A DNA stretch of 64,000 bases from a virus (Duplodnaviria > Caudoviricetes). Where the stretch lies: IMG/VR virus record IMGVR_UViG_3300027804_000038, positions 160,001-224,000 of that record; one strand, given 5' to 3'. Position numbers and translations under genes: made by a program. Numbering within the stretch: position 1 is the stretch's first letter; the number at the start of each line of letters is the position of its first letter. The notes under the pieces were generated by a model. That model had not been told where the DNA came from, made no database searches, and saw only the letters and a program-made list of their open reading frames with translations. Positions 12,101 to 20,913 of the stretch are shown here, one piece after another.

Positions 12101-12571
12101 ACGTATTTAAATTTACCAATCGACCCTGATACGTATGTTACAGGTTTTACTTTAAATTCTAATACGGTAACCCTATCTCAAAATAGAAATGACCAATATT
12201 CAGCGTTTACAATAAATTTATCTGCATATACAGGAAATACAGGACTAAGTTATTATACGGCAACAACAATAGGTGATGGTGTTATAGATACTATTGATAC
12301 TACAATTGGATATAGACAAGTTAGTTATGATTATACTTTAACAAGTAATAATGGCTCAATAAGAAGTGGAACTTTTACTGCGAATTGGAATACAGGTTTA
12401 ACAATTATTAATTATTATGATGCTGGACCATCCGAAATTATGGAGTCAACTGATGTTATTGATAATCTTTCAGCAATTATAAATGGTACTGATATAGATA
12501 TAACCTTATCAGTCACACCTAATACTGAAACATGGGTGTTTAAATCACTTAAAAAACTTATGCCTGTATGA
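9107..12571 (+). CDS. Long tail-fibre-like protein with 17-residue NIAIG beta-roll repeats
   Basis: 1154 aa, G/S/T-rich; many N(I/V)(A/S)IG...G repeats with a period of about 17 aa, reminiscent of trimeric autotransporter head repeats; internal duplicated segment LEGLQSSANTR(F/Y)LVANSDGVVTY. Confidence 0.7.
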   Translation: MSNFPYKKSISPIQLLGTQSVNREATYGTHFSTDGIGGYMEVFNVTDLIFTIPTGQTGSIEYTGNTIPVNLLKGGAGPFSTDVLTLNPDNISSGRRKLGMLVYVYEYDQVYQFAIDNYETLWNNATGATNTVVISEYGTTVNTSTPEGQLLVSSWTANTIDGVSGVTRSNAVWKKYYGTNLAVTGGSFNGVTGTLTLTNITGGTQNITGFGSGGGGGAPITGGTFDSSNLELDLTSSAGTITVTGVTGLYISAGTYSSGNTTLSLSNSTGGTITITGFSQTFSGGSGNCINQLYLNEIYPCTSDIKIQPLSTGRVYFGNNSGASGLTIDFNSETAQKSARLGLNINNPEYTFDFKSFDRKSGFFFRDDIVAPFGDWKQIAISGDTDNVLMYTSFQPDASGSLGPHGIAIGSRGYGNSSTTTNNSLGRTGDTFVFAFSNTNGLNIINGPGTNTDDYIRFYAGQTVGSNTPDVHIQGSGSTRGFVGIGTTAVTNPLHVYATSNPLRLEGLQSSANTRFLVANSDGVVTYTTTAPSGGGGFSAVSINNVVQFDTSASQTINFSGVNINITSASTNTLVFSGGGVTVPGSNNQVLTSNGSGGIVAESLLTFDGLASSPPLNVNGITIWRGKNNSSKSIGIGPLTLNNTTSGVANIAIGPGSQTNTNTGYNNISIGLSSLSANTSGNRNIAIGTYAMNLNSGGYGNVAIGDRSLYKHYIGDFNIAIGASSLYYSDTNSSGTDFNIAIGRCAMFYNSGGTENIAIGRRALAGNNPNKQFGNFNIALGRGSLYQNYNGDYNIAIGRSSLYSNSTGLHNVAIGRNSNGENTTGNNNISIGYNSLYYNTTGLGNVSIGADSLYSNVYGNHNVSIGYLSGKNSAGSRNVFIGRESGFNEVNSDRLHIANCQTRIPLIFGEFDTNRLGINTTTVTNTLHVSATTHPVRFEGLQSSANTRYLVANSDGVVTYVTGTTGSFSGDYLPLSGGTVTGGTSFTAGLTANTISATTYLNLPIDPDTYVTGFTLNSNTVTLSQNRNDQYSAFTINLSAYTGNTGLSYYTATTIGDGVIDTIDTTIGYRQVSYDYTLTSNNGSIRSGTFTANWNTGLTIINYYDAGPSEIMESTDVIDNLSAIINGTDIDITLSVTPNTETWVFKSLKKLMPV

Positions 12572-13971
12572 GTAATACTTTAGAAGTAAGAGGTAGTTTA
12601 AATAGTAATAATTTAATTTACTCTAATAGTGTTAGTGCAAATACTATTAGTGCTTCTACTTTTTTTGGTAATTTAAATGCATCATATGTTGGAAACAATG
12701 ATGTTAACAACACAGAGTTTGGATATGTTAGTGGGGTTACATCTAATATACAAGAACAATTAAATAGTATACCTGATGCGTCCCTCCCACTATTAACTTA
12801 TAGTTCAAGTACTCTTTTAACCAATGATAGAGTAATTACCGCTGGTGAAAATATTATTTTACAAGATGACGGTAACAATCTATCAATGTCGATGGATATT
12901 GGGGTTTTAGATGTTAATGAGATTACAGTAACACCATTAAGTGCTCAAACCGACTACAACCCAACAGGATGGAATTCAACTTATCCTAACAAATCTACAG
13001 TAATTACATTAACACCAAGTGCCGCAACAATCATCTCAGGATTTGAAGGGGGTGAAGAAGGTAGAGTTTTAATAGTTAGAAACTTAGGTAGATTTTTAGT
13101 TATATTAGAACATTTAAGTAGTAAAAATTCATCTAGTTCAAATAGAATGTCGTTCGCAAGAAATGGAGGATGTTTTTTAGTACCATGGAAAACTGTGACA
13201 TTAATTTATAATTCAACAACCTCGTTATGGGAAGAAAGTACCGAAACTGAAGGACCCTATAATGATTTTTCAATTTTTACTGACTTTGCCAATGCTCCAT
13301 TATCACTCCAAATTGTTGGAGGAGGTGGGTTTTCTCCATTTGGAGGGTTTGCGTTTTATAATAAAGGTGGAACCACACAAATAATACAAACTGGAGATAC
13401 AGATAGTTTTGGTGCGGTTTTTTTTGGAGGAGCGACTAATGTATCACAATATTTTTCTTGGGGCCAAGGAAGAAATGTAGGTAGTGCTAATCAATTAAAT
13501 GCAACAAGACTTAAATTATTAAACATCCCAACCGCCACATCTGACTATAAATTTTTAACTGGTACTGATGGTAATTATATTTCGGGTAGTTTTGAGGGGG
13601 TTTCACAGGGAGCTAAATGGAAAGTTGATAGAACAGTTTCGCCAACAAATTGGGTAATACAATACGCAACAGGACAAACCTCAAATGTGGTTTTTACAAC
13701 AAATGTCCCATTAATTACGTCCGCATATACTATAGTTGGTCACTACCAACAGGCTACTTCCGTCGCTGGTAATAACAGAAACGCTTGCTTTTTTTATTCA
13801 TATGATGATAAAGATTACAGTATTGAAAGACAAATTTTGACTGGATTTATTATAGGTAGTTTAAATAATATTATGAATGTATCTATGACTGGAGGTGCCC
13901 AAGCGGCAACAAATTTAAGAGGTGTAATTATTGATTGGGTTGGATTAACTTTTTATAATGATAATGTATAA
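12568..13971 (+). CDS. Putative tail fibre / receptor-binding protein, paralogue A
   Basis: 467 aa; N-terminal half is paralogous to the next gene (YVGNNDVNNTEFGY; NPTGWNSTYPNK); ATGA overlap with the upstream fibre gene. Confidence 0.6.
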   Translation: MSNTLEVRGSLNSNNLIYSNSVSANTISASTFFGNLNASYVGNNDVNNTEFGYVSGVTSNIQEQLNSIPDASLPLLTYSSSTLLTNDRVITAGENIILQDDGNNLSMSMDIGVLDVNEITVTPLSAQTDYNPTGWNSTYPNKSTVITLTPSAATIISGFEGGEEGRVLIVRNLGRFLVILEHLSSKNSSSSNRMSFARNGGCFLVPWKTVTLIYNSTTSLWEESTETEGPYNDFSIFTDFANAPLSLQIVGGGGFSPFGGFAFYNKGGTTQIIQTGDTDSFGAVFFGGATNVSQYFSWGQGRNVGSANQLNATRLKLLNIPTATSDYKFLTGTDGNYISGSFEGVSQGAKWKVDRTVSPTNWVIQYATGQTSNVVFTTNVPLITSAYTIVGHYQQATSVAGNNRNACFFYSYDDKDYSIERQILTGFIIGSLNNIMNVSMTGGAQAATNLRGVIIDWVGLTFYNDNV

Positions 13972-15368
13972 TGAGTAATATGTATAATATATATGGAGAC
14001 TTAAACGTTAAGTCAGCAACAACATCATATAGTGTATCCGCATTTACTATTAGTGCAAATACGTTTTATGGGGACTTAGACGCTACATATGTTGGTAACA
14101 ATGACGTTAATAACACTGAATTTGGGTATCTATCGGGATTAACAGGATATGTACAAACACAATTAAATTCTAAACTATTAGGTAACGTACCAATATTATC
14201 ACTGTCCGCAGGAACAATATTAACAAATGAAAGAGTTTTCACTGTTGGTGAAAATTTAATTTCAGTTGATGGAGGTGCCAATTCGACATACACAGTGTCA
14301 GGTCATATTGCATCACTAAAGGTTGGAGTTGTGGAAGATACAATATCGGCCAACCAAAATAACTACTCACCAACTGGATGGAATGGAACTTATCCTAATA
14401 AAGCCACTCAGATTTTAATTACACCTACACAAGTTGTTAAAATTTCAGGACTAAGTGGAGGTACTTCAGGGAGAATTGCAACAATTACTAATATCGGTAA
14501 TTATTTAATTATTTTAGAGAATGAAAGTACTAATAGTAGTTCTGGTAATAGATTTTCATTTTCAATACCATTTGGATATTTTTTACCACCCAAAAAATCA
14601 ATAAATTTAATATATAGTACCGCAACAACTTATTGGCATCAAACAAATCATTCCGCAACTTTAGGTTTAGATGTATTTGAAAGATTTTATGCATTCGACT
14701 CAACAGGAGCGGTTAGACAAGCTAATAACACCGCATTCTACTACGCCCAAGCAACTGGTACTAGTTGTACTTTTGGATTCGGAGGATATGGAGGAGCTTA
14801 TATTCGTAGAGGGACGGTCGCAACAAATAGGGCTAGAGTTGGAGTTGTTGGAAATAATTTATTTGAGACAGTGAACGGTAGCTGGATTTTAACTGTGGGT
14901 AGATGGGGATTCCCAACCGTAGGAACAACTGTAGGCCCCCCAACAACAACAAATAAATACGCAACAATAGTTGGTACACAAAACAATGATTTAAGTACTG
15001 CATATGTTACAGGACAATTAAATGGAGGTTGTTATTGGGAAGTCGATATAGATATTAATTCTTCGTTCGCCTCAATGGTTATGCAAGTTACGGGTAATTC
15101 ATTACAAAGAGCAACGTCAACTTTACCATTATCATCATTATCCGCCGCGAACGCTACAGTAACAACTGGAGTATATAGTTTAAATTATAGTAGTGCAACA
15201 TTTTTTTGGTCAACCAATGGAAATACTTTTACAATAGAACCCCCAATAAGTTATACTGGCGGTACTATTATGGGTTATCCAGGTATTGCTTTATTTGGTC
15301 AAGCGGGTACCTCAAATGCGGTTGGAATTGCAATTTTTAATTTAGGTAATAGTTTTGGTTCATTATAA
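13971..15368 (+). CDS. Putative tail fibre / receptor-binding protein, paralogue B
   Basis: 465 aa; shares YVGNNDVNNTEFGY and SPTGWNGTYPNK with paralogue A; divergent beta-rich C-terminus. Confidence 0.6.
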   Translation: MSNMYNIYGDLNVKSATTSYSVSAFTISANTFYGDLDATYVGNNDVNNTEFGYLSGLTGYVQTQLNSKLLGNVPILSLSAGTILTNERVFTVGENLISVDGGANSTYTVSGHIASLKVGVVEDTISANQNNYSPTGWNGTYPNKATQILITPTQVVKISGLSGGTSGRIATITNIGNYLIILENESTNSSSGNRFSFSIPFGYFLPPKKSINLIYSTATTYWHQTNHSATLGLDVFERFYAFDSTGAVRQANNTAFYYAQATGTSCTFGFGGYGGAYIRRGTVATNRARVGVVGNNLFETVNGSWILTVGRWGFPTVGTTVGPPTTTNKYATIVGTQNNDLSTAYVTGQLNGGCYWEVDIDINSSFASMVMQVTGNSLQRATSTLPLSSLSAANATVTTGVYSLNYSSATFFWSTNGNTFTIEPPISYTGGTIMGYPGIALFGQAGTSNAVGIAIFNLGNSFGSL

Positions 15369-15382
15369 AAATATTTAAAAAT

Positions 15383-15607
15383 ATGGAAGAATTAAATTTT
15401 AAATGCGAATGTTATAAATTTGAAAATTTATCAAATGAAATAGTTATAGTTGAAATCATTGATTGTGATGGTAATTATAAAAATTTAGAAATAGAACCAA
15501 ATAATTCTATATACATTAAAATTTCAGGTGGATTATCGTATAACGGACCTGAAATTTTAAAAATAAACGGTCCATTAGATGACACGGAATGCCAGCAAAT
15601 TACATAA
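15383..15607 (+). CDS. Small hypothetical protein
   Basis: 74 aa ORF with 4 Cys, in the operon. Confidence 0.55.
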   Translation: MEELNFKCECYKFENLSNEIVIVEIIDCDGNYKNLEIEPNNSIYIKISGGLSYNGPEILKINGPLDDTECQQIT

Positions 15608-15816
15608 CAATTAATAGTATAAACGGATTACCACCATACCAAATTTATTTATGTGATGTTGGGTTTTATAGTTGTGAGTATATTACAACTATAGATGACC
15701 CTATAACTTATCCTGTTGAAATAAATTTACCTTTGAAATTTTCAGGTACCTCAAGAGTCGCAATTAAAATGGTCGATAGAAATGGGTGCGAAAATTTTAA
15801 TGTCTTTATTTGTTAA
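15589..15816 (+). CDS. Small Cys-module protein (75 aa), member of a three-copy family
   Basis: ITINSINGLPPYQIYLCDVGFYSCEY...KMVDRNGC aligns with the 8078 N-terminus and with 23658..23882. Confidence 0.7.
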   Translation: MPANYITINSINGLPPYQIYLCDVGFYSCEYITTIDDPITYPVEINLPLKFSGTSRVAIKMVDRNGCENFNVFIC

Positions 15817-15856
15817 GTAAACTACAAAAAAAACTAAATCTTATTATTTATATGTA

Positions 15857-18022
15857 ATGGCACTAGGTTTTCAAGACTGTTGTAATACATCTAATTATTT
15901 TTATTTAAACGGAATACCTGCTACGGTATCCGAGTTTGAAGTTTATTATATTGAAACAACTCAGGGAGAAAATTTCTGTGCAACATATGTTAATGTACCA
16001 ACATTAAATTACCAACCACCTACTTATGACTTACTTGTGATGACACAACAAACTGATTGTGAAACATGTACAGATAGTTATAGTTGCCCATCTGAGGAAA
16101 CAATATTTTTAAATCAGTTTGGTGCAGGGTCTGTGGCAACAGGAACTGATTGTTATATTAAAACAATTTTTCCTATGTATGTTGAGTGTTCCTCAAGCAA
16201 CCCAACCGCACTCAATTTATATGACGGACAGGTTTCTATTTATGTAACTGGCGGAACAACACCTTATGTATTTTATAGTGGTAACACAAATCAAGTTATT
16301 GGTCCAAATACATTACCAATATCAAATGTGTTTTCAGTATTTCCTAATGCAACTCAAGGAACATATAGTATAAGAGTTGTTGATAAATATGGTGATTTTA
16401 CACAGACAATTGATTGTACTTTAGATGCCGCACCAGCAATATTAAGTGCGTATTGTGCATCAATTTCAGTATCTGCGTTTGGGGCTAACAATGGACAATT
16501 AAATGTACAAGCTTTTGGAGGAGTACCTCCATACACATACATATACACAGGTACAAGTACTAATTTACCTGTTACAGGATTAACTGCAGGTACTTATTCT
16601 TTAACTATAAATGATTCAGGTGAAGGAGAAGATTTACAAACATTCACTATAGATTGTGAAGTGGGTACTCCTGATAGAATTGATTATCCTGATAATTTAT
16701 GTTTAGAAATTAATGTTTGCGGAACAAACTTTAATTTAAGTTTCACGGCTAATGGAGAATACAACTATGTTACACAATATACCCTTACAAATCCATCAGT
16801 AATTGCTATAACAGGAATGACATTATACAATGGACCACAAGGATGGGTAACAAGTATTGAAACACTAACAGGTACCCCACAATTTGTAACTTATTGTGGT
16901 CTTGATTTTACAACTCCACAAGTGTTCTTTAAATCTACAACACCAAATGATGTACAACCAATAGGTGTTTGGGATGGATATGGTATATTCTTTAATAATA
17001 CCGCTAACGTAGTTCCTGGAGAATGTACTAACCAATCAAGCGGGGGAGGAACCCCAATAGTATTACCTACGGTATCAACAATTAATATTACAAATGCGAC
17101 ATGTACAAATAATGTTGGTAATGTTACTTTATTGGCTAATGGTGGTTCTGGTGCTCCATATACATACTATTTGAATAATTCTCTACAGAGTGGACCGACA
17201 ATTTCTAATTTATTACCAGGAAACTATTCGGCTTATGTTATAGATGTTAATGGAAACCAAAGTCAGACTATAACATTCACAATAACACAGCAACAACCAT
17301 CGGTTATCTCTATGAATTTAAATACTGCTATTGATAGTGCTAATGTTATTACTGATGGACCGTACACTGTAAATGGTGCGGGTGGACCGTACACTAATTG
17401 TTATTATACATATCGACCTATGACTGTTACTGCGACAATTACAGGTATCCCTGCAGGACAAACAGTTACAGGATATTTTGTGATTAAAACAAAGATTCAG
17501 GGAGCGTTTACTGATGGATTTACTCAAACGGTATGGCAAGGAGGAGGTTCATCTAACATGACCATTACAGGGTATAGAATAAACGGTTCGTCTCAATTTA
17601 TTCCATCTTCAACCTTAATTAGTGATGATACATTAATTAGACCAAATGGAATAAACCCATCTTTCTTATTAACACAAGAAAGCCAAACATGTGTATCAAA
17701 ACAAACAAGGAAAACTATAAAATCAAACACTCTTAATAGTATTACTTTAAATAATAGTAGTGTTATTGAGTTTGATTTATTAATGGAGTCACAATTTAGA
17801 CCCGAAGGTAACCAACCTTCTCACGGAGTAGACTCAAATATAAATGGATGTACCCCAGGTTCCGCAGTTCAATTTGAAATTGAGTTCATTAAAACATCTC
17901 CAAACATAAACTGTTATAATTTTGTATTTAACAATAATTTGACACCATATATTAGAAGTTCAAAACAAAAAGGACCACAAACATATTTGGGGCCAATAAG
18001 TACTTCATTAATTATAAGCTAA
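15857..18022 (+). CDS. SprB-repeat protein with an N-terminal CC/CxxC module
   Basis: DGQVSIYVTGGTTPYVFY, NGQLNVQAFGGVPPYTY and GNVTLLANGGSGAPYTY repeats. The N-terminus FQDCC...YYI...C...CETC..SYSC resembles the N-terminus of 20912..23656. Confidence 0.65.
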   Translation: MALGFQDCCNTSNYFYLNGIPATVSEFEVYYIETTQGENFCATYVNVPTLNYQPPTYDLLVMTQQTDCETCTDSYSCPSEETIFLNQFGAGSVATGTDCYIKTIFPMYVECSSSNPTALNLYDGQVSIYVTGGTTPYVFYSGNTNQVIGPNTLPISNVFSVFPNATQGTYSIRVVDKYGDFTQTIDCTLDAAPAILSAYCASISVSAFGANNGQLNVQAFGGVPPYTYIYTGTSTNLPVTGLTAGTYSLTINDSGEGEDLQTFTIDCEVGTPDRIDYPDNLCLEINVCGTNFNLSFTANGEYNYVTQYTLTNPSVIAITGMTLYNGPQGWVTSIETLTGTPQFVTYCGLDFTTPQVFFKSTTPNDVQPIGVWDGYGIFFNNTANVVPGECTNQSSGGGTPIVLPTVSTINITNATCTNNVGNVTLLANGGSGAPYTYYLNNSLQSGPTISNLLPGNYSAYVIDVNGNQSQTITFTITQQQPSVISMNLNTAIDSANVITDGPYTVNGAGGPYTNCYYTYRPMTVTATITGIPAGQTVTGYFVIKTKIQGAFTDGFTQTVWQGGGSSNMTITGYRINGSSQFIPSSTLISDDTLIRPNGINPSFLLTQESQTCVSKQTRKTIKSNTLNSITLNNSSVIEFDLLMESQFRPEGNQPSHGVDSNINGCTPGSAVQFEIEFIKTSPNINCYNFVFNNNLTPYIRSSKQKGPQTYLGPISTSLIIS

Positions 18023-18038
18023 AGATATTTACTAAATA

Positions 18039-20231
18039 ATGGGATATATAATAAAAGATAATCAGGGTTTAGTTGTTACAAGATTAACTGATGTAGGAAG
18101 AAGAAAAATTTCACAAGGGTCTTTTAACATAAGCTATTTCCAAATAGGGGATAGTGAAGTTAATTACACATCTATACCAAATTATAATCAAAATGATTCT
18201 ATGGTGTTAGAACCACCATATAACGCCCACAATAATACAGGAGTACCACAATCTACTAAAAACGATATCAAATATCCTTTTTATTTACAAGGTACATCAG
18301 GAATAACTTATGGAATACCATACCAAGCTTCAAATATTGATGAGGTATATAATACATCTGCGCCTTCAGGATTTTTCTCTGCAAACACTTCTTGTTACCC
18401 TCCACTAAAAAGTTCTGCTTATACCTATAATTCAGAGTATCAGGCGGATATATTAACTGGAGGTTTTAATGGTGGCACGTCAATAGTAACAGTATTTAGT
18501 AATCCTTGTTCAGATTCATCAACAGGCACTATTTCTGCAGGTACTTATGTTACAATTTTTATGGATGGTGATTCTGGTGACCAATGTGGATGTTTCCAAT
18601 CTTGTTTTCCAATATTAACATATCAAGTATTATCATGGAATTCAGGTACATTACAAGTTGCTTTAGATAGAGAACTACCTGATTTGGTGTCGTTGGGATA
18701 TTCAGGGTTTGTTAGATTATTTTTCTATCCTAGTGGAATGACAGGGTACGACTTGTCAACACCGATGAATTATTGGAGTAATAGTGTAATTAATTATGAA
18801 TCAATATGTACACCTGAGGATGGTATAGTTAAGATATGGAACATGAATATTCCTTGGTCTGAAAGTCCAGCGGGTATTAATCCTATACAGAACTATACTT
18901 ACGATTATTTTAATTCAAAAGATTATATTGGGACTAAAGAATATTACGGTTATATGTCATCTTCAGGACAAACCGATACCTCTGCGGTTACTTATTATAA
19001 TTCATATGGTGAACAAATTATTGTGTCACCTGAAGAACAAAAAACGATTGCTATTGTTCATTATACTAATAATACAATTATTAATTTTTATGGTGAAAAA
19101 TTCGCAACCGAAGCTTATGATTCATCTAACCCTGGACAAACAGGTCAGGCAAGAAATTTTAAAATAACAATGCCATGGTTAAATTGGCATAAAAATACAG
19201 AGTGTTGCTCAGGAACCACATTTTATATTGACCCACCAGGATTTGATGGGTTTGATTTATTGACTCCTTATTATATAAAGTCGTCAAAAAATACGGATAT
19301 GAATAATCCTGGTATAAGATATTATCATTTATACGATACCAACGAAGCATATAATGATGGACCTCCAAACAGAGTAGGTAAAGTTTTCCCTGACGATAAA
19401 ATTATAATATTTGATGATGAAGAAATTGTTGCTGCAATGTCGTATGTCTCAAATAGAAATTTCACATTACCTGCGCCTAGATTAGGGCTTATAACACCTG
19501 GAGTTTGTGACGGTAGTTCCGATGGATTATTAGACAATGACTCAGAATGTGTTTGGATTACTTATGGATTTGAAGGTGATTGGCAAGGTATGCATTGTAA
19601 CTACTACCAAAAAATAGTAGGACCTACTTCTGGATGCTCAACTGATGAGAAAAATGTTACAGTTTCATTCGGAGGAGATTTCCAATGTATGACCACTGGA
19701 AATACATATGGATGGGGAGGAAATGGATTTTTCATATTGGCTCAAAAAACAAGTAGTTCACAAAATAGACCATCTTCAACAGGATGGATTAAAATAGACT
19801 ATACTACTCACCTTGATAATAATGGTTATGTAGATTCTAATGGATACATAATACCTGAAGGATTAACGGCATTAACATTTACAGTAAGTCAAACAGACTA
19901 TAATAATGGTACTTCATATTTGTTAGACTCACAAATTAGTTTACCTGCAATAGGACAACCTGATTTGTTAAATTTTGGAGATGAATATTTCTTTTACGGT
20001 ACGATAGAAACTGACATTGAGGCAACAATATATGAAATGAGATATTTGATTAATTTACCAAATAATCAATTTGTAAATAGCTCAAATCCAAGTTGGAGTA
20101 ATACATATACACCATACATGTCTGAAATAGGTTTATATGACACTGATAAAAATTTATTAGTTTTAGCTAAATTACAATCACCACAAGCAAGACAAGGTAT
20201 ACAACAAGTTGTCATTAAATTAGATTTTTAA
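18039..20231 (+). CDS. Putative baseplate / tail-fibre attachment protein (DUF3751-like ends)
   Basis: N-terminal RLTDVGRRKISQGSFNISYFQIGDSE and C-terminal MSEIGLYDTDKNLLVLAKL resemble the two ends of the tail-collar fibre DUF3751 domain, separated by a long insert. Confidence 0.45.
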   Translation: MGYIIKDNQGLVVTRLTDVGRRKISQGSFNISYFQIGDSEVNYTSIPNYNQNDSMVLEPPYNAHNNTGVPQSTKNDIKYPFYLQGTSGITYGIPYQASNIDEVYNTSAPSGFFSANTSCYPPLKSSAYTYNSEYQADILTGGFNGGTSIVTVFSNPCSDSSTGTISAGTYVTIFMDGDSGDQCGCFQSCFPILTYQVLSWNSGTLQVALDRELPDLVSLGYSGFVRLFFYPSGMTGYDLSTPMNYWSNSVINYESICTPEDGIVKIWNMNIPWSESPAGINPIQNYTYDYFNSKDYIGTKEYYGYMSSSGQTDTSAVTYYNSYGEQIIVSPEEQKTIAIVHYTNNTIINFYGEKFATEAYDSSNPGQTGQARNFKITMPWLNWHKNTECCSGTTFYIDPPGFDGFDLLTPYYIKSSKNTDMNNPGIRYYHLYDTNEAYNDGPPNRVGKVFPDDKIIIFDDEEIVAAMSYVSNRNFTLPAPRLGLITPGVCDGSSDGLLDNDSECVWITYGFEGDWQGMHCNYYQKIVGPTSGCSTDEKNVTVSFGGDFQCMTTGNTYGWGGNGFFILAQKTSSSQNRPSSTGWIKIDYTTHLDNNGYVDSNGYIIPEGLTALTFTVSQTDYNNGTSYLLDSQISLPAIGQPDLLNFGDEYFFYGTIETDIEATIYEMRYLINLPNNQFVNSSNPSWSNTYTPYMSEIGLYDTDKNLLVLAKLQSPQARQGIQQVVIKLDF

Positions 20232-20259
20232 TTTACAAAACTTATTACTTTATTAAGAT
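20232..20259 (+). promoter_or_regulatory. Sigma70-like promoter upstream of the resolvase gene
   Basis: TTTACA (20232-37), N16, TAAGAT (20254-59); ATG at 20270. Confidence 0.4.
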
Positions 20260-20269
20260 TAATTTACTT

Positions 20270-20860
20270 ATGGCAAAAAGCATTAAAAATTCGCCCAAAA
20301 TTTTGGGATTAGACGTGTCAACAAAGACAATAGGATGGGCACTTTTTGATATGTCCTCAAAAGACTTATTGGAATTAACTCACATATCCCCAAGACCAAA
20401 GCCAGTTCCTGAAAATAAAATGGAGGAGTTACTAATGAAATCTGGAATATTCAGAAAAAAATTGGAGGAATATAAAGGTCTTGGAATAATTAAATGTGTT
20501 ATTGAGGAACCATTATTAAACTCTAATAACGCTTACACTATTGGAACTCTTTTAAGGTATAATACTCTTATTAGTAAAGAAGTTTATGATGTGTTAGGTG
20601 TTGTACCTGAATATGTATCAACATACGAATCAAGAAAAAGAGCGTTTCCTGAATTAGTTCAAAAAAATGAAAAAGGTAAATTTGTTTTGTTCGGAGGATA
20701 TCCTAAAGACTGTGATAAGAAACAAATAGTTTGGGAACTTGTTGCGAAAAGAGAACCACAAATTCAATGGTTGTTCACTAGAAATAATACACTAAAAAAA
20801 GAAAATTTTGATATGTCAGATTCTTACACAGTTGTATTGAGTTATCTGAATAGTATATAA
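20270..20860 (+). CDS. ruvC: RuvC-like Holliday junction resolvase
   Basis: RNase H-fold acidic motifs ILGLDVSTKTIGWA, VIEEP and DMSDSY. Confidence 0.75.
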   Translation: MAKSIKNSPKILGLDVSTKTIGWALFDMSSKDLLELTHISPRPKPVPENKMEELLMKSGIFRKKLEEYKGLGIIKCVIEEPLLNSNNAYTIGTLLRYNTLISKEVYDVLGVVPEYVSTYESRKRAFPELVQKNEKGKFVLFGGYPKDCDKKQIVWELVAKREPQIQWLFTRNNTLKKENFDMSDSYTVVLSYLNSI

Positions 20861-20888
20861 ATTATAATTTGATTTATTTTTTTTACTC

Positions 20889-20913
20889 AGGGGGTGATTT
20901 TCACCCTTTTTTT
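20889..20913 (+). terminator. Rho-independent terminator between convergent genes
   Basis: AGGGGGTGA-TTT-TCACCCTTT stem followed by a T run; lies between the resolvase (+) and the 914-aa gene (-). Confidence 0.75.
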
